This document shows positions 43,030 to 57,540 of a stretch of DNA of 64,000 nt, piece by piece. The translations under genes were made by a program, and so were the position numbers. The stretch comes from the human T2T-CHM13v2.0 reference genome, Homo sapiens. How positions within the stretch are numbered: the stretch's first letter is position 1; every line of letters starts with the position of its first letter. Under the pieces are notes generated by a model. That model saw nothing but the letters and a program-made list of their open reading frames with translations, made no database searches and was not told where the DNA came from. The stretch is from the NCBI RefSeq assembly GCF_009914755.1, contig NC_060926.1; one strand, given 5' to 3'.

Positions 43030-43265
43030 CCAGCCTCTTACTATCTTCTACATTTTTTCCCCATAGTACTTATCTTCTAACAGTTTATCTATCTAGCAAG
43101 CTATTACATTTATTATTTTACTGAATGTCTCCTCTGTTTAAAAATATAAGTTAAATGAGGGCCAGGATCTTACCCTATTTTGTTCACTGACCTACCCCAA
43201 CTACCCAGGACAATGTCTGGAACATGATGGGCACTTTTACAAAACATTTGAATGAGTGAATGAAT
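43030..43265 (+). mobile_element. L2 3' end
   Basis: ttttgttcactga...atttgaatgagtgaatgaat terminal motif. Confidence 0.6.
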
Positions 43266-45269
43266 ATATGAAAGAACAAATGAACAAGTCAACTAAACAA
43301 AAAGATATTATATTCATCTATCTGGTTTGTAAAGATTTTAAAAGACAGTGCTCAGAATTGACAATGGTATAAGAAAAATACTACTCTCATACATTAGTAT
43401 GAGAAATGTAAACTAGTACAAGCCTTCTGGAAAGCAATTTAACAATCTGTGTCAACATGTTAAATGTATACACTCTTTGACACAGCAATTGCAGTTCTTA
43501 AAATTTACCTTATGCTTTGAATCAGATAGTGGTGTAAAGATGTATACTTAGAAACAAGTCTATTGTTCATAAAAGAAGAAACTTGAAAACTTCAAATTTT
43601 ACCAATAAGGGTCTATAAATTATGGAATATCCAAAGTGTAAGATAATATGCAGCTATCTTAAAACAGTCATATTAAACATACACTGACATGAAATAATAT
43701 TCCCAACATAGTGGATGAAAAAGTAAGTTATATTAACAACTTATAGGAGGATATAATCCAGATAATGTATGGGTCTATACATTATACATGCATAGAGAGG
43801 ACATGGAAGTGTGGTCACCAAAACTTTAACAAATATTACCTGCAGGTGCTGGGGCTTTAATTTTTACTTTCTTCTTTATGCTCTTCTTTATTACTTGAAT
43901 TTTCTACAGTGTATATCATCTTTCTAATCAGAAAAAACAAAGCTATTTTCATTTGAAAAACCTCAGAAAATTCTGTTTCTAGTCACCCTTATGGTAATAT
44001 AAAGTAAGAAAGAAAATTTATTTTCCATCATAAAGCTTCTCTACCAGATTGGTAAACCTTAACTATCTTGACTTCTCCTTTATATTAAATGTAAAAAAGA
44101 AAAGGTTTCAACATTGTTTCAGGAGACTATTCCCAGAAATTCACCAGCAATACCCAGGCTAGTGTGACTGAAAACCAGCACTAAAGTTATGCTTTATTCT
44201 GGCCGAGCACCTTTTCTTCTGCATTGATCTGTAATGCTAACGTATCTTGCTCAAACAGAAAACTAAACCAACCAAACAAAAAAGACTATATGTTGCCCAT
44301 ACTAAAGGCCTTAATTCTAAAGTGTATGCTTCTTGGAGAGTGTGAAATATATGGCTTAACTTACCTAAAGAAGCAATGCAATTCCCTAGCTACTTATTAA
44401 GCTCAGAAATAACTTGGAAAAATATGGTCTTAGGAAACAGCACAGAGTCTGGCTCTGCCACCTGCTAGCAACAGGATCATGGGCAATTTATTTAACTTCT
44501 GTGTGCTTCACTTTCCTCATCTATAAAATGAAGATACCACAAATGCAATATGATTGTTAAGGGGCCTATATATATTACTGAATATGAAGCACAGATCTTT
44601 ACATACCAAGCAAGTATCTAATTTGTAAAAAGCACTCAGATGCAAACTCCCATCCCTTCATAATGAAAAGGACAGCAAATATCACTACTTCTCCTGTGAA
44701 ACCTTCCCAGACTTCCAGCAGAATTAGTTCTGCTTTCATAGCACTTTCGCCATATTGAAATGTTTGTCACCCCCAACCATGAGACCTTCTCCAAAGTAAG
44801 AACTATGTTATATCTTATTCATGCTTATGTTTTCAGCATCTCATACAATGCCTGGCATAGGGTAAACAAAGAAAAATTGGACAAATGGGTAGGTGAATAA
44901 AGAAATAAGTGAATAATTATTATTAAAACATCTAAAAAATGCTTATTCTAGCATATAGCTGTCTCATTATTTAATCAAAGTCAAATGAATGAACTAGAAA
45001 AGCTTATGTAAAGGAAGCTAAAATTAAACCAATTCTTTCAGAAAAGCTAAAACAAAATGAGCCATACCAATGTTTCACATTAAATCAGTGGCAGGAAATG
45101 TCCTCAATAAAAAGTCAAACTTAACACTGTACATGATACTTTCTAATATCAAAATCTATTTCTGTATTCCTTTATTGACGACAATTATCTTATAAAATTA
45201 AACACGTCTTTTGATACTTACTTAGTTTCTGCTACTACATAATACAAATCCAAATAACTATAACTGTCA

Positions 45270-45570
45270 AACACACATAAACACACACACACACATTACA
45301 CACACACACACACACACATTACACACACACACACACACACACACAGAGAGAAGGAGGGAGGGAAGAAGAGAGGGAGAGGGAGAGACGGAGGGAGGGAAGA
45401 AGAGAGGGAGAGGGAGGGAGGGAAGAAGAGAGGGAGAGGGAGGGAGGGAGGGAAGAAGAGAGGGAGAGGGAGGGAGGGAGGGAAGAAGAGAGGGAGACGG
45501 AGGGAGGGAGGGAAGAAGAGAGGGAGGGGGGAGAGAGAGAGAGAGAAAGAGAGAGAGACAGAGAGACACA
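45270..45570. repeat. (CA)n followed by an about 30-bp-period polypurine (GA) minisatellite
   Basis: ggaagaagag at 45361, 45395, 45421, 45451, 45481, 45511. Confidence 0.93.
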
Positions 45571-46414
45571 GACGCACAGGCTAGCCAGGTGAAAAGCAAA
45601 AAAAAAAAAAAAAATTGGCTTTCCCATAACTATCAATAAAACAAATCTGTAAAATGCTGGAATAGCCTATAAAAAAACTTCCCCAAGAGCATAAAAGAAA
45701 GGATCTGGAGAAGAAGAAAAAAACTTACAAAGAGTTTGCTATTAAAGAACATATGAAGAAAAAAAGAGGAGATGAAAGTAATTTAGGCTCATTTTTAAAA
45801 ATGAAAAACAAGAAAGGGTTATCAATGCAAATAATCAAATCAACATTTCACCAAAATCTACATGGGAAAACTTCAAGTTGGAGACTTAAATTTGTTCAAA
45901 ATATTAAAAGTACACACAATCCGGCCTCTTCTAATAGAAGTGCTATTAGATCTACCTGACTGAAGCTTTATGGTCCTTCAACTATGGGGCTAATTATGTA
46001 AATGCAAGTAAAGATGCTGTTAGTATTTGAAAACTATTTGGCCTCTTAATTTAAAATTACATTTGCACTAAAAGTGTTTACCTATTATAGTGCACAGCAA
46101 AACTTGCTTTAACACAGATAATAAAAGGGTAAATGTAAATTGAAAAATCATAAAATCCAAATTATGCAAGTATAATGTTTCTAGAAAATCAAAAAGTTAT
46201 TTAATTACTGAACAATTTCTAAATCGAAATCTCTTTAGCAGCCTTAGAGACCTAAATGATCATCTAAAGTTTATTACAAATTAAAGTATTCCAGATCATG
46301 GCAAATATTTCATTTCTGCCCATTTTAGTTTAAAGAAAAAGCAATAAAGTTGGGGCTCATGAGTTGACTTTCTAAGGGTAAGCTTTCCTCTGCCTCCATG
46401 GGGGAAAAAATTTA

Positions 46415-46786
<372 letters not shown>

Positions 46787-46973
46787 TTAACCAACAAACT
46801 AACTATTACCACATGAAAAAGAATACATAGTAAAAGTTTTCCAGAATTGTGTCCAAACAACAGAAAAACAATATCCTCACAGTTATAACCATAAGTAAAA
46901 ATATACTATAATTCTAATCATAAAGTATCAAAAATCACTCTAAATACAAAGAAAGTTGATATAAATCACTCAC

Positions 46974-47109
46974 ATTGTAAAATGAAGGTAGGGTTTATGT
47001 ATAGCAGCAGATGATGACTGTTTCTTTGGTGATCCTGAGTGACAATTGGTCTCAAAAATTGATAAAGCATTTTCATCTTCACTATCCTCTAAAATTAAAG
47101 TTTCTATAT
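46974..47109 (-). CDS. ATAD2B: ATAD2B coding exon: acidic linker (DIETLILEDSEDENALSIFETNCHSGSPKKQSSSAAIHKPYLHFTM)
   Basis: tttaaacag acceptor, AAT|gtgagt donor; 136 nt, phase 1 to 2; manual translation is open and joins both neighbours. Confidence 0.93.
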
Positions 47110-47729
47110 CTGTTTAAAAAAATCACAATGGTTATGGGGCTTATAAAGTCATTTAATATTCGTGCCCTACCAAAGCTAAGAAAAATTGGGTTAAAAAATC
47201 AAATGACATTAATAAGTTATCTATCAAATAATACAGGCAAACTGACAAACTGCAGCTTTTAAAATAACTTATAAACAAAATTAATATAACACTTTCACCT
47301 TTACAGACTATTTACTTAAGTGTTATGAGATATAATTTGGAAGAACTCACTGACTGGCTTAAAAAAAAAAAACAAGTCTGGAAAAGATGTGGCACTCTCA
47401 TAAAATCCCACCTATTTAACTAAAAATCTCTGAGTTAATTTTGACCAAAACCAGTCCATTTCATATTTGGTTTAATTAGTAGGTTAGCTGAGTCAAGGCC
47501 AGTTCTTATAAAAGCAACAAGGAACAAACTGACCCTTATTTTTTAAAGAGGATACACCTTTTCAAAGAAGTCTTAGTGTAGTTAAGATGGAGTCAGAAAT
47601 TCCGTCAAAGCTAATCTTAAAAATACACTCATTCATACAGCATTATTCTCTCTGTGGGCCTTAGGTTATCACTCAGGGAACTAACTGGAACTAAAATCTC
47701 TACTGAGAATGCAACACTTAAAGCCTTAC

Positions 47730-47741
47730 CTGGACTACCAC
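47730..47741 (-). other. Candidate 12-nt in-frame microexon (adds GGSP)
   Basis: catacttcag|GTGGTAGTCCAG|gtaagg; fits the phase-1 intron. Confidence 0.3.
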
Positions 47742-47966
47742 CTGAAGTATGAACAGCTGTTGCTATACTTCAAACATGCCTAATTAAAACTGACAATTCA
47801 TTCAATAAAAAGCAATGCTACATGTGTACGGGATATGAGAGAGAATTAAGATTAAGAGAAATCATATCCTTTCAAAATAAAAAATATACAGATGCATTCT
47901 AAAATGAGATGCTAAATTATGCTAGCAGATAGAGATCTCAAGTGGCTTTTAAAAGCTAAACATTTA

Positions 47967-48198
<232 letters not shown>

Positions 48199-49030
48199 TT
48201 AGTACAAGTCATAGTTTAATCTGGGAAATAACTGAGTATCTTTTGAGTGATAATTTCATACACAAGGAAATATTTATCTAAGAAAAATATTAAAGGTCAA
48301 AACAAGCCAGAATAAATATGACTAAATAGCTAAAAACCAATTATTGATAATCAAATAAAATTTGGTTGCTCTTCTCCACTGGTTCATGGCAACTAGTTCT
48401 ACCAACTGGAACTAAAGCATACTTTATATTTACACACAAAAAAAGCTATAAGAAAACATAGATAATAATGCTATAAAATGGTAATTCACAAATGGAGATA
48501 AAAAGCTATGATAATCTCTCCAAAGGAAAGATGAGGTTTTTATGATTTTCTAAAGGTGACGTAAGTTTTTTGGGACGTTTTGGTACATAACATATATATG
48601 AAATACATTTCCAGTTATGAAATTCAGAAATAAAAAATACACAAATCATGGCATCGTGCCTGGCTCACAGATATTCAGTAAAATATTCATTCCCCTCTGT
48701 CTGCCAAATTTAAGAAATCAGGTATTCCATGTGGTATCTTATGTGAGTCTGTCACTAAACAATTAAAGTTTCTGAAAAATATATTTATGACAGAAGAATT
48801 CATTGAACAATATTCATAATTTTTACTATATATATTTTTAATGTTAGTATAATTCTCAGAATAATTTTCTATTTGGTGCAGACTGCATTCCAGACAAGGT
48901 GCTAGGAACTGCAGAAATTAAGATAATCAAAAGACATTACTTTCCCTTCAAAGTTTATGAGCTTTATACTCTGATTAGAATGTCAATGTAATTTTTAAAT
49001 GTTTTTCCTGTAAATGAGTGATGTTTTAAA

Positions 49031-49182
49031 TTTTATTTATTTATTTTTGTTTTTAATTTTTTAAGAGACAGGGTTTCACCATGTTGGCCAGGCTGGTCTT
49101 GAACTCCTGACCTCAGGTGATCCACCCGCCTTGGCCTCCCAAAACGCTGGGATTACACAGGCGTGAGCAACCGCACCCAGCC
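49031..49182 (-). mobile_element. Alu left monomer with its own tail and TSD
   Basis: TSD atgagtgatgtttt on both sides. Confidence 0.85.
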
Positions 49183-49478
49183 ATGAGTGATGTTTTTAAA
49201 GGTAGTTTTCTGTTTTTATCTCAGGTGCAAAGTACAATCTGAGGCTTGACAAAACTCAAGATCCTCTAAAATGAGGTTCTTATTTACTCCCTTACCAATA
49301 CCTTACACTCCTATGAGCACTGCACACTGCAGAGTGTCCTACCAATAACAACAAAATGATTAGTTTAATCCAAAGAAGCATTATAGCAACATAGGTAAGA
49401 GCAAGGGCTGTCATCAGGCTCCCTGGGTTGAGGCAGTCCCCAGAACTTATTGAATGACCTTATATTAATTAAATTACC

Positions 49479-50170
<692 letters not shown>

Positions 50171-50486
50171 GGATTAGTAAGTGATGATTTAGGGGCTTTA
50201 AAGGTTAACCTATTATTATTATTATTACAGTCAACTTTCTAAAGATAGTAATAGCCCTACATTAAGATGATCAGAATGTCCCAAAAGTGAACATTCATTC
50301 ATTTGTCTTAAAAACATTCACCAGGCAACTACCATATGCCAGGCAATATGCCAGGCCTGGAATATATAGTACTGAATAAACAGATATATTACAAAAGTGA
50401 CACATAAATAATCTTATGAGGAAACTATATTTATTTATTCCTGTATTTGTTTCATCTTAACAATATAAAAAAGTAGTTTAGAGTAC

Positions 50487-50798
50487 CTTCTTTTTTGTCA
50501 CTCTGGCTAATTTCAGCATGAGGAAACACTTTTTGCAAGACTGCTAGGATGTTGTTGAAGCTTCTTTCCAGCAGTGGTCTTATGATGGGGGATAGTGCAT
50601 GCCCTGAAGACATCACAGCACGTTGGGAAGCAGGCACGATATTCTGCATTGCATGGTAAAAATCTTGGGCACTAAGCACTATTGAGGAAACATCCAGCTG
50701 CAGTTTATGACTGCTAGCATAGATCTGGGGATAACGCCTCCGCAGTGCAATCAGGGCGGCTTCAGTGCACAGGGCCTTGATATCGGCTCCACAGTAGC
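50487..50798 (-). CDS. ATAD2B: ATAD2B coding exon: AAA lid (GYCGADIKALCTEAALIALRRRYPQIY...HAEISQSDKKE)
   Basis: gtattag acceptor, AAG|gtactc donor; 312 nt, phase 1-1; GADI motif; ORF 50452..50853. Confidence 0.97.
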
Positions 50799-51150
50799 CT
50801 AATACACAAAAGGAGAAGGATAGCAAAGGTACATTCATTATTCCATGCACCAACTATGTTTTGTAAATATACACATCTTTAGCTAAAGTCATAATCAATA
50901 CTAAATCAATAACTATGTGCAATTTTACCAGCAAAATGAAAACTAGCCATTTAAAATCACCAAACAAAACTTTGAATAAAGGGCTGAATACTTACATTAA
51001 GATTAAAAATGTTTTGAATATTTTTAATTAACAAAAAACATAAGCTAACAATATTAAAACAAAACAAGCTATGTATCTTAAATATGTCCTTGATATGAGC
51101 TTTAAAACAAAAGCCATGTATTATGTGATTAACTGATTACAATGTACAAC

Positions 51151-51491
51151 TTTTTTTTTTTTTTAAGAGACAGGGTCTCAAAAAATAAACAAGAGACAGG
51201 GGTCTCACTCTGTTGCCCAGCCAGGCTGGAGTGCAGTGGCACAATCCGGCTCACTGCAACCTCTACCTCCCAGCCTCAAGTGGTTCTCCCACTTCAGCCT
51301 TCTGAGTAGCTAGGACTACAGGCATGTGCCACCACACTCGTATAATTTTTTTCTTTTCTTTTATTTATTTTTGTAGAGATGAGGTCTCACTACATTGCCT
51401 AGGCTGGTCTCAAACTCCTGGGCTCAAGTGATCCACCCGCCTCAGCACCCTCAAGTGCTGGGATTACAGGCCTGAGCCACCACACCTGGCC
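51151..51491 (-). mobile_element. Alu (J-like)
   Basis: TSD tacaa(t/c)gtacaacttt. Confidence 0.9.
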
Positions 51492-52168
51492 TACAACGTA
51501 CAACTTTCTTTAGAAAAAAGTTTTAAAAGAATAATAGTTTCATTTCAGTCCTTCATCAATATTCCTAATCATTAGGTTAGTCCTCATGACATCATACTCA
51601 CTTATAAATGACTTTCTCTAATATTATTAACTTCCAAACACGTATAAAATAGTATATAAACAGAAACTTCAAAAACAGAGCTATTCTACTACCAACTCTG
51701 AGTACAACCAACTATTAACATTCAGTTACTCCCATAATTATCATTTAAAATTGTAATTCATCTGATAGTTCCAAATATATTAAAGTAAATAAGAACATTA
51801 AAAATATTTCCACTGATTTTCCACATTAATTTTCTTTTTTTAGTTTAAAATGACTGATAATCTAAGGGTTATACCAACATAAGGTATTATTTATTACCCA
51901 TGTTTAATGTATGATACAATCAAACAACAGATCAAGCCCCACTGTTTTTAAGTCATTTCATTCATCTGAGTAACAAATACATACAAAAACACATGCTCTG
52001 TTGCATCCTTGTCACAAAAAGGAAGAAAAGCTCAAACTAGCCATATTGTTTTCCCTGTTGGCAATTAAACTTGCATTTGGCCACAATTATCAGTTATGCC
52101 AGTAGGGGGAACCATTCCAATAGTTATAGAATATTAGACCCTAACTAAGCTTCAACAAACAATACCAG

Positions 52169-52473
52169 GTTTATTTTTATTTTATTTTTGGGAGACAGCA
52201 TTATCGCTCTGTTGCCCAGGCTGAAGTGCAGTGGGTGATCATGGCTCACCGCAGCCTTGACTTCCTGGGCTCAAGAAATCCTTCTGCCTCAGCCTGCTGA
52301 GTAGCTGAGACTACAGTGTGTGCCATCACATCAGGCTAATTTTTTTTTTTTTTTTTTTTTGTAGAGATAGGGGTCTCACTTTGTCCAGGCTGGTCTCAAA
52401 CTCCTAGCCTCAATCCTCCTGCCTCACCCTCCCAAAGTGCTGGTATTACAGGCATGAGTCATCACACCTGGCC
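52169..52473 (-). mobile_element. Alu (J-like)
   Basis: reverse dimeric Alu. Confidence 0.88.
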
Positions 52474-53276
52474 TATTTATCTTTTTATACCTCACAATGA
52501 CCTTATAGAACACTTAAATACTGAACTAAAAATGGTGATTACAAAGAAAAACCTATTCAAAGTTAGGGAAAAACTTAATATGACCTAGAAGAACTTAATT
52601 CAGAAGACTATAAGCAGATTACGCATTAACATTGTTCCATGACAGTGATCTATCTCACAAATAATTCTTCAGATAACCAAATTTACCACTAGTGTCTTGT
52701 TTTATTTTCTATTTCTCAAAGAAACCTGGAAAAAAATTATCTTTTCCTTTTGCATATATACCCATTTCATTAATTCAATAATGTATAGAACACTAGCTCA
52801 AAGTTATAAAGAGTTAACAAAGTAATCTAAGTATATGATTATAGAATGTGAATTATGTCTTCCATTTCCGAGGAAATAGGAATATACTACCATCTTCAAA
52901 CAACATAAACAATCACGTTTCTATTTCTTCTTTAAAAGGATATACACAGTTAATGAACATATTATATGGTCCTATTTTAAGTGCAAAAGCCTAAGTTTAA
53001 AAAAATTAAAACTCAGAAACTATTAAGGCAAAACAAATAATTAGCCACTAGAAGGCATTTTAGGTAGTAAATGTTACCCATAACATTTATGTTTGCCACA
53101 ACATGTTAATTACATATATAACAGCAATGTATTATTTATTCATTTATTCCAGACAAAGAAATGATCAATAGACCCCATTTAATGAAGTAGATTTTCACAT
53201 TAATTATTATAACCAACAGACTTATAAAGAAGGAAATTTTTTTACATTCGCTTATAAGTAAGAATTACCAGTTTAT

Positions 53277-53457
53277 ATCTGTGGTTCTCACCTTGATTAT
53301 CCATCTGAATAAACACTGAAACTGAAACAAAAAAAAACAGATTCCCAAGCCCCACAATAAACCCAGTGAATCAGAATCTCTGGGGGCTTGAAATCATATG
53401 TGCATTTCAAGAAAGCTTTAGAAGTGACTCTGATACACACAAAATTGAGAACTACTG
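53277..53457. mobile_element. MER5-like hAT relic
   Basis: gtggttctca...gaatcagaatctctggg...ttgagaactactg. Confidence 0.65.
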
Positions 53458-55028
53458 ATTTAACATACTTCCTTCTAAAACTTTAAAATTGCATCATAAC
53501 CATGGCTAAATGGGTTATACTTAGGGTAACCACATGTGCTGGTTAGGCCTCTTGTCCTGTCATAATAGCACATCTTTTCACTCTCAAAGCGTCCTTGTTT
53601 AGAAAATAAATAATATGATCATTCTAGTAATACTGAAAATATACTACAGCCTTTTAGGCGTTAAAAGTTAATATTAAAGAAATTATAAACATCCCTTTCA
53701 TAACCATACTAAATCTACCATTACAATTCTAATACTCTGTGAACACATTTAGTTATCAAATAAAGAGCATTCCTGAATACTGCTATTAAGCTAGAAATTG
53801 TTCTAAAAAGACTAAAAATACAGCTACTAAAGAGGTTAGACTAGAAACAAGGTCATAACAAAATTTTATAAAGTTTTAAGTACAGCATCACACATAATGA
53901 AGGCCCACAAGATAAGTCACTTCATTGAGACTCTTTCATTGTTTTAGCCCTCTCATTGAAAATGGAATAGAAAAATATGATTAGAGTTGAGTGTTTCATT
54001 AATCATAAGTTTCCTACTATTTATGCAAATGTTCCTGATATCAATGTATGTTGAGTTTTTCACTATGCAAAAATCACACCCAATATGCATGCAAAAACCT
54101 CTAAGAACTTGGGAATTTCAAGGTAAAAGTTACCAAATCCATAACCTCTAACAAAAGGTCAGCTATCTTCACAGCTGTTCATCATACTCTATGAGGCATA
54201 AATTTCAATGAACTGAACCTATTCATGTTAAAACATGTTTGGCATACACAGACTAGTGAGTTTGTAATGGATTTAAAATTACTATTTCACGCCCGTTTGA
54301 AGATCTGAATTTGATTTTTTTTTTAATGTGAACCGGTTTCTCAGATGGAATGAATGTCATAACAAAAAACAGAAGTCATTTAATTATAATGGATTTTTAT
54401 GTCACTGTCCAGGAAGAAAATGGTATATAAGCAGAGTCTGCACACATACTACCACCCCACAGAGGGGAGGGAAAAAAGGTAAGAGAAATTTATCAGTCCT
54501 GTAAGAAATTATACCATGAAAATTTTAAAACTTAAGAAACTGCCTAAAAGCTAAAAAAATCACTGGGAAAAATGAGAAGTATTGTCTTTGGAAATGCAAA
54601 AGGAAACTAAGATTCTAATATTTGGGGTGAAGAATTAAACTAGAGTATATAATATTTCAGATGGTAGACAGTATAATAGAAAGTAATTTAGAGTACCTAT
54701 CTCTTAGGGAATTTCCAAAATGATTTGACAACTTGACTTCTGCTTATTTCAGTTAAGGATCATTCTGTGACAAATTCACAGAAAAATCTACAAAGATTTC
54801 CCAGTCCGATCTGAACTCTAGTAAAATATCATCATAAATAAAAGGGGTCTATTTTCAAAAAGGGAAAAGACTGGATTTTATACCAAATACCACCCTCTCC
54901 CATAAAGCAGCACAAGGCTTTGCAAAGGTCAAGCCAAATTTACATGAAATGTGTTTGGCGCATGCTCTCTTATACCAGGCAAAGCTTAAACTGAAGTAGT
55001 GCTGGAGAGATTTACGTTTTCTCCTCAC

Positions 55029-55091
55029 CAGAAGATGTCGAGGTCTTTGTGGTTCAAAAGCTGAGGGATGCTGCTTCGGAGATGGAGGTCC
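55029..55091 (-). other. Candidate poison cassette exon (63 nt, in-frame TGA)
   Basis: tcctcttcatccacag acceptor, CTG|gtgagg donor; phase-1 translation GTSISEAASLSF*. Confidence 0.5.
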
Positions 55092-56079
55092 CTGTGGATG
55101 AAGAGGATAATTTGGATGTAGCTAACTGAATGGACTAATGTTCTATTTAAGTTTTAATTATTTGATGGTGGATCACAATGATTTTTTAAATTAAGTTGTT
55201 CTTTTTGGCTTTGGTAACTTTAAAGTTTTCCCAAGTAAGCTGTTGTTAGTGGACTTATTTGGGGGATTTCTTCATAATGCTTAAAAAGTTCATGAAGATT
55301 GGGTTTTTTTTTTTTTATTTATATTTTTCAGAGTATGAGAGGAAAACAGACAAAAGAGGGGGAAAGAATGAAGGAGAAATACCTATGTGTATATTCAGGT
55401 GCCTAACATTGTATTCCTTTTTATTTCAGACCTAATTAGAGCCAAAACCCTGAATTCCATCTCCTATGTGTGATCATCTGTGCAGATAAACACTCTCACC
55501 ACATCCTAGAAGGACAGTAGTGTTCATTCACTCTGTGGGGAGATCTTCCACTCTGTGAAAAATTTAAAGTTAAACTGGAAAGTTTTATATTTGGGGAACT
55601 ACTACTAAATATAATTAACTATTTTCTTTGAAGACCTCTCCCACCCAACTTCTTTCTAGACCACAGGAATGAAAATAAGCCCGTTGTGTAATCTGCAAAG
55701 TAAAAGTAAAAGGCTGCAGTCCTGCTTTGACATGGACCTTTCTCTCTCAAGTTCAAGCTTATTTTTCTTAGTAAAATTTCTAAGAGGGAATGATATTCAA
55801 AAGGAGACCCTGTATTAATATTATGGATACCCAGCACTCAATGAAAGGCATGTTATTATTGAGCTTTGTTAACTAAACACCTAATGGCAGTTAAAATTCT
55901 AATTTAGAAGTACTCAAACTTTAAGTGAAACAGTCAAAATAACTTTAAAACATAAAGGTAGAGACAATCTATTGCACAATCAAAAACATAACTATGCTCA
56001 TTCACATTCCAAATAAGGGGAAAGGGAGGTTGAGCAGAACAAACAATGACAATCAAAAAATTCAAACAGTAACACTCAC

Positions 56080-56170
56080 CAACACATTTTTCAGCCAATT
56101 CACCTAAAAATGCATCTGACAATTTTGGATTCCAGTCCCTGGTATGGATCTGTAAGATGTGTTTTCTTGC
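56080..56170 (-). CDS. ATAD2B: ATAD2B coding exon (ARKHILQIHTRDWNPKLSDAFLGELAEKCV)
   Basis: catcttag acceptor, TTG|gtgagt donor; 91 nt, phase 0 to 1, in frame with neighbours. Confidence 0.96.
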
Positions 56171-56696
56171 CTAAGATGAAAAGCACAGATACATAAAATC
56201 TTGCCCAAGAAGAAAAGTACAGATAAAATATTATCAATCCCTCAAATACGTTAGGTGGAACAAATTTTGACTAACAATCCCATTAAAATTTTTATTTTAA
56301 AAAAAATTTAAACACCTTAGCATCTGTCTACATCAACTCTGATTCCAACAATAAATCTGGGAGATATGTAGTAGAGATCTTGTCTGTGTTTCACAACCTA
56401 AGACATTTAATGTTGTGAGAGGTGAAGAAAATTGACTAGCAGCATATAACAACTAAGTGACTCATCTGGGACTAGAATTCAAAACTATATTTCACTTTTC
56501 CACCATACCACTTTTACTATTTGAAAATATATGAACAAAAAACTTTCATGTTATAAAAGTTATAGTCATAATTTTAAACAAACTTTACATTTCATAGAAT
56601 TTGTGGTATTATGATCAACAATGAGCAAAATAACAAGTAACTTAAACTTGAAAAAAGTTTTTAATTTGGAAAGTATTCAAGTTTAATTAAATATCA

Positions 56697-57003
<307 letters not shown>

Positions 57004-57219
57004 ATCAAGCATATTATTACTTTGTCAGTTAGTTGATGCTTTGGCATTTAATACAAGGTATTTCAATAAATATCAATTAAATTCATTGAAAGATCAAAGT
57101 GTTATAAACAATTTTACATTGATTTCAGCATTCTCTAGCTTAAATCTGACTGCATATAGCACAATCAAAATTTTAATGTCTTGCTTCCAAAACAAACAGA
57201 AATTTATTTTTCTAAAATA

Positions 57220-57540
<321 letters not shown>

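Noticed and set aside
45267-45636. Three overlapping Pro/Ser/Leu-rich ORFs
   Set aside because: Simple-repeat translation.
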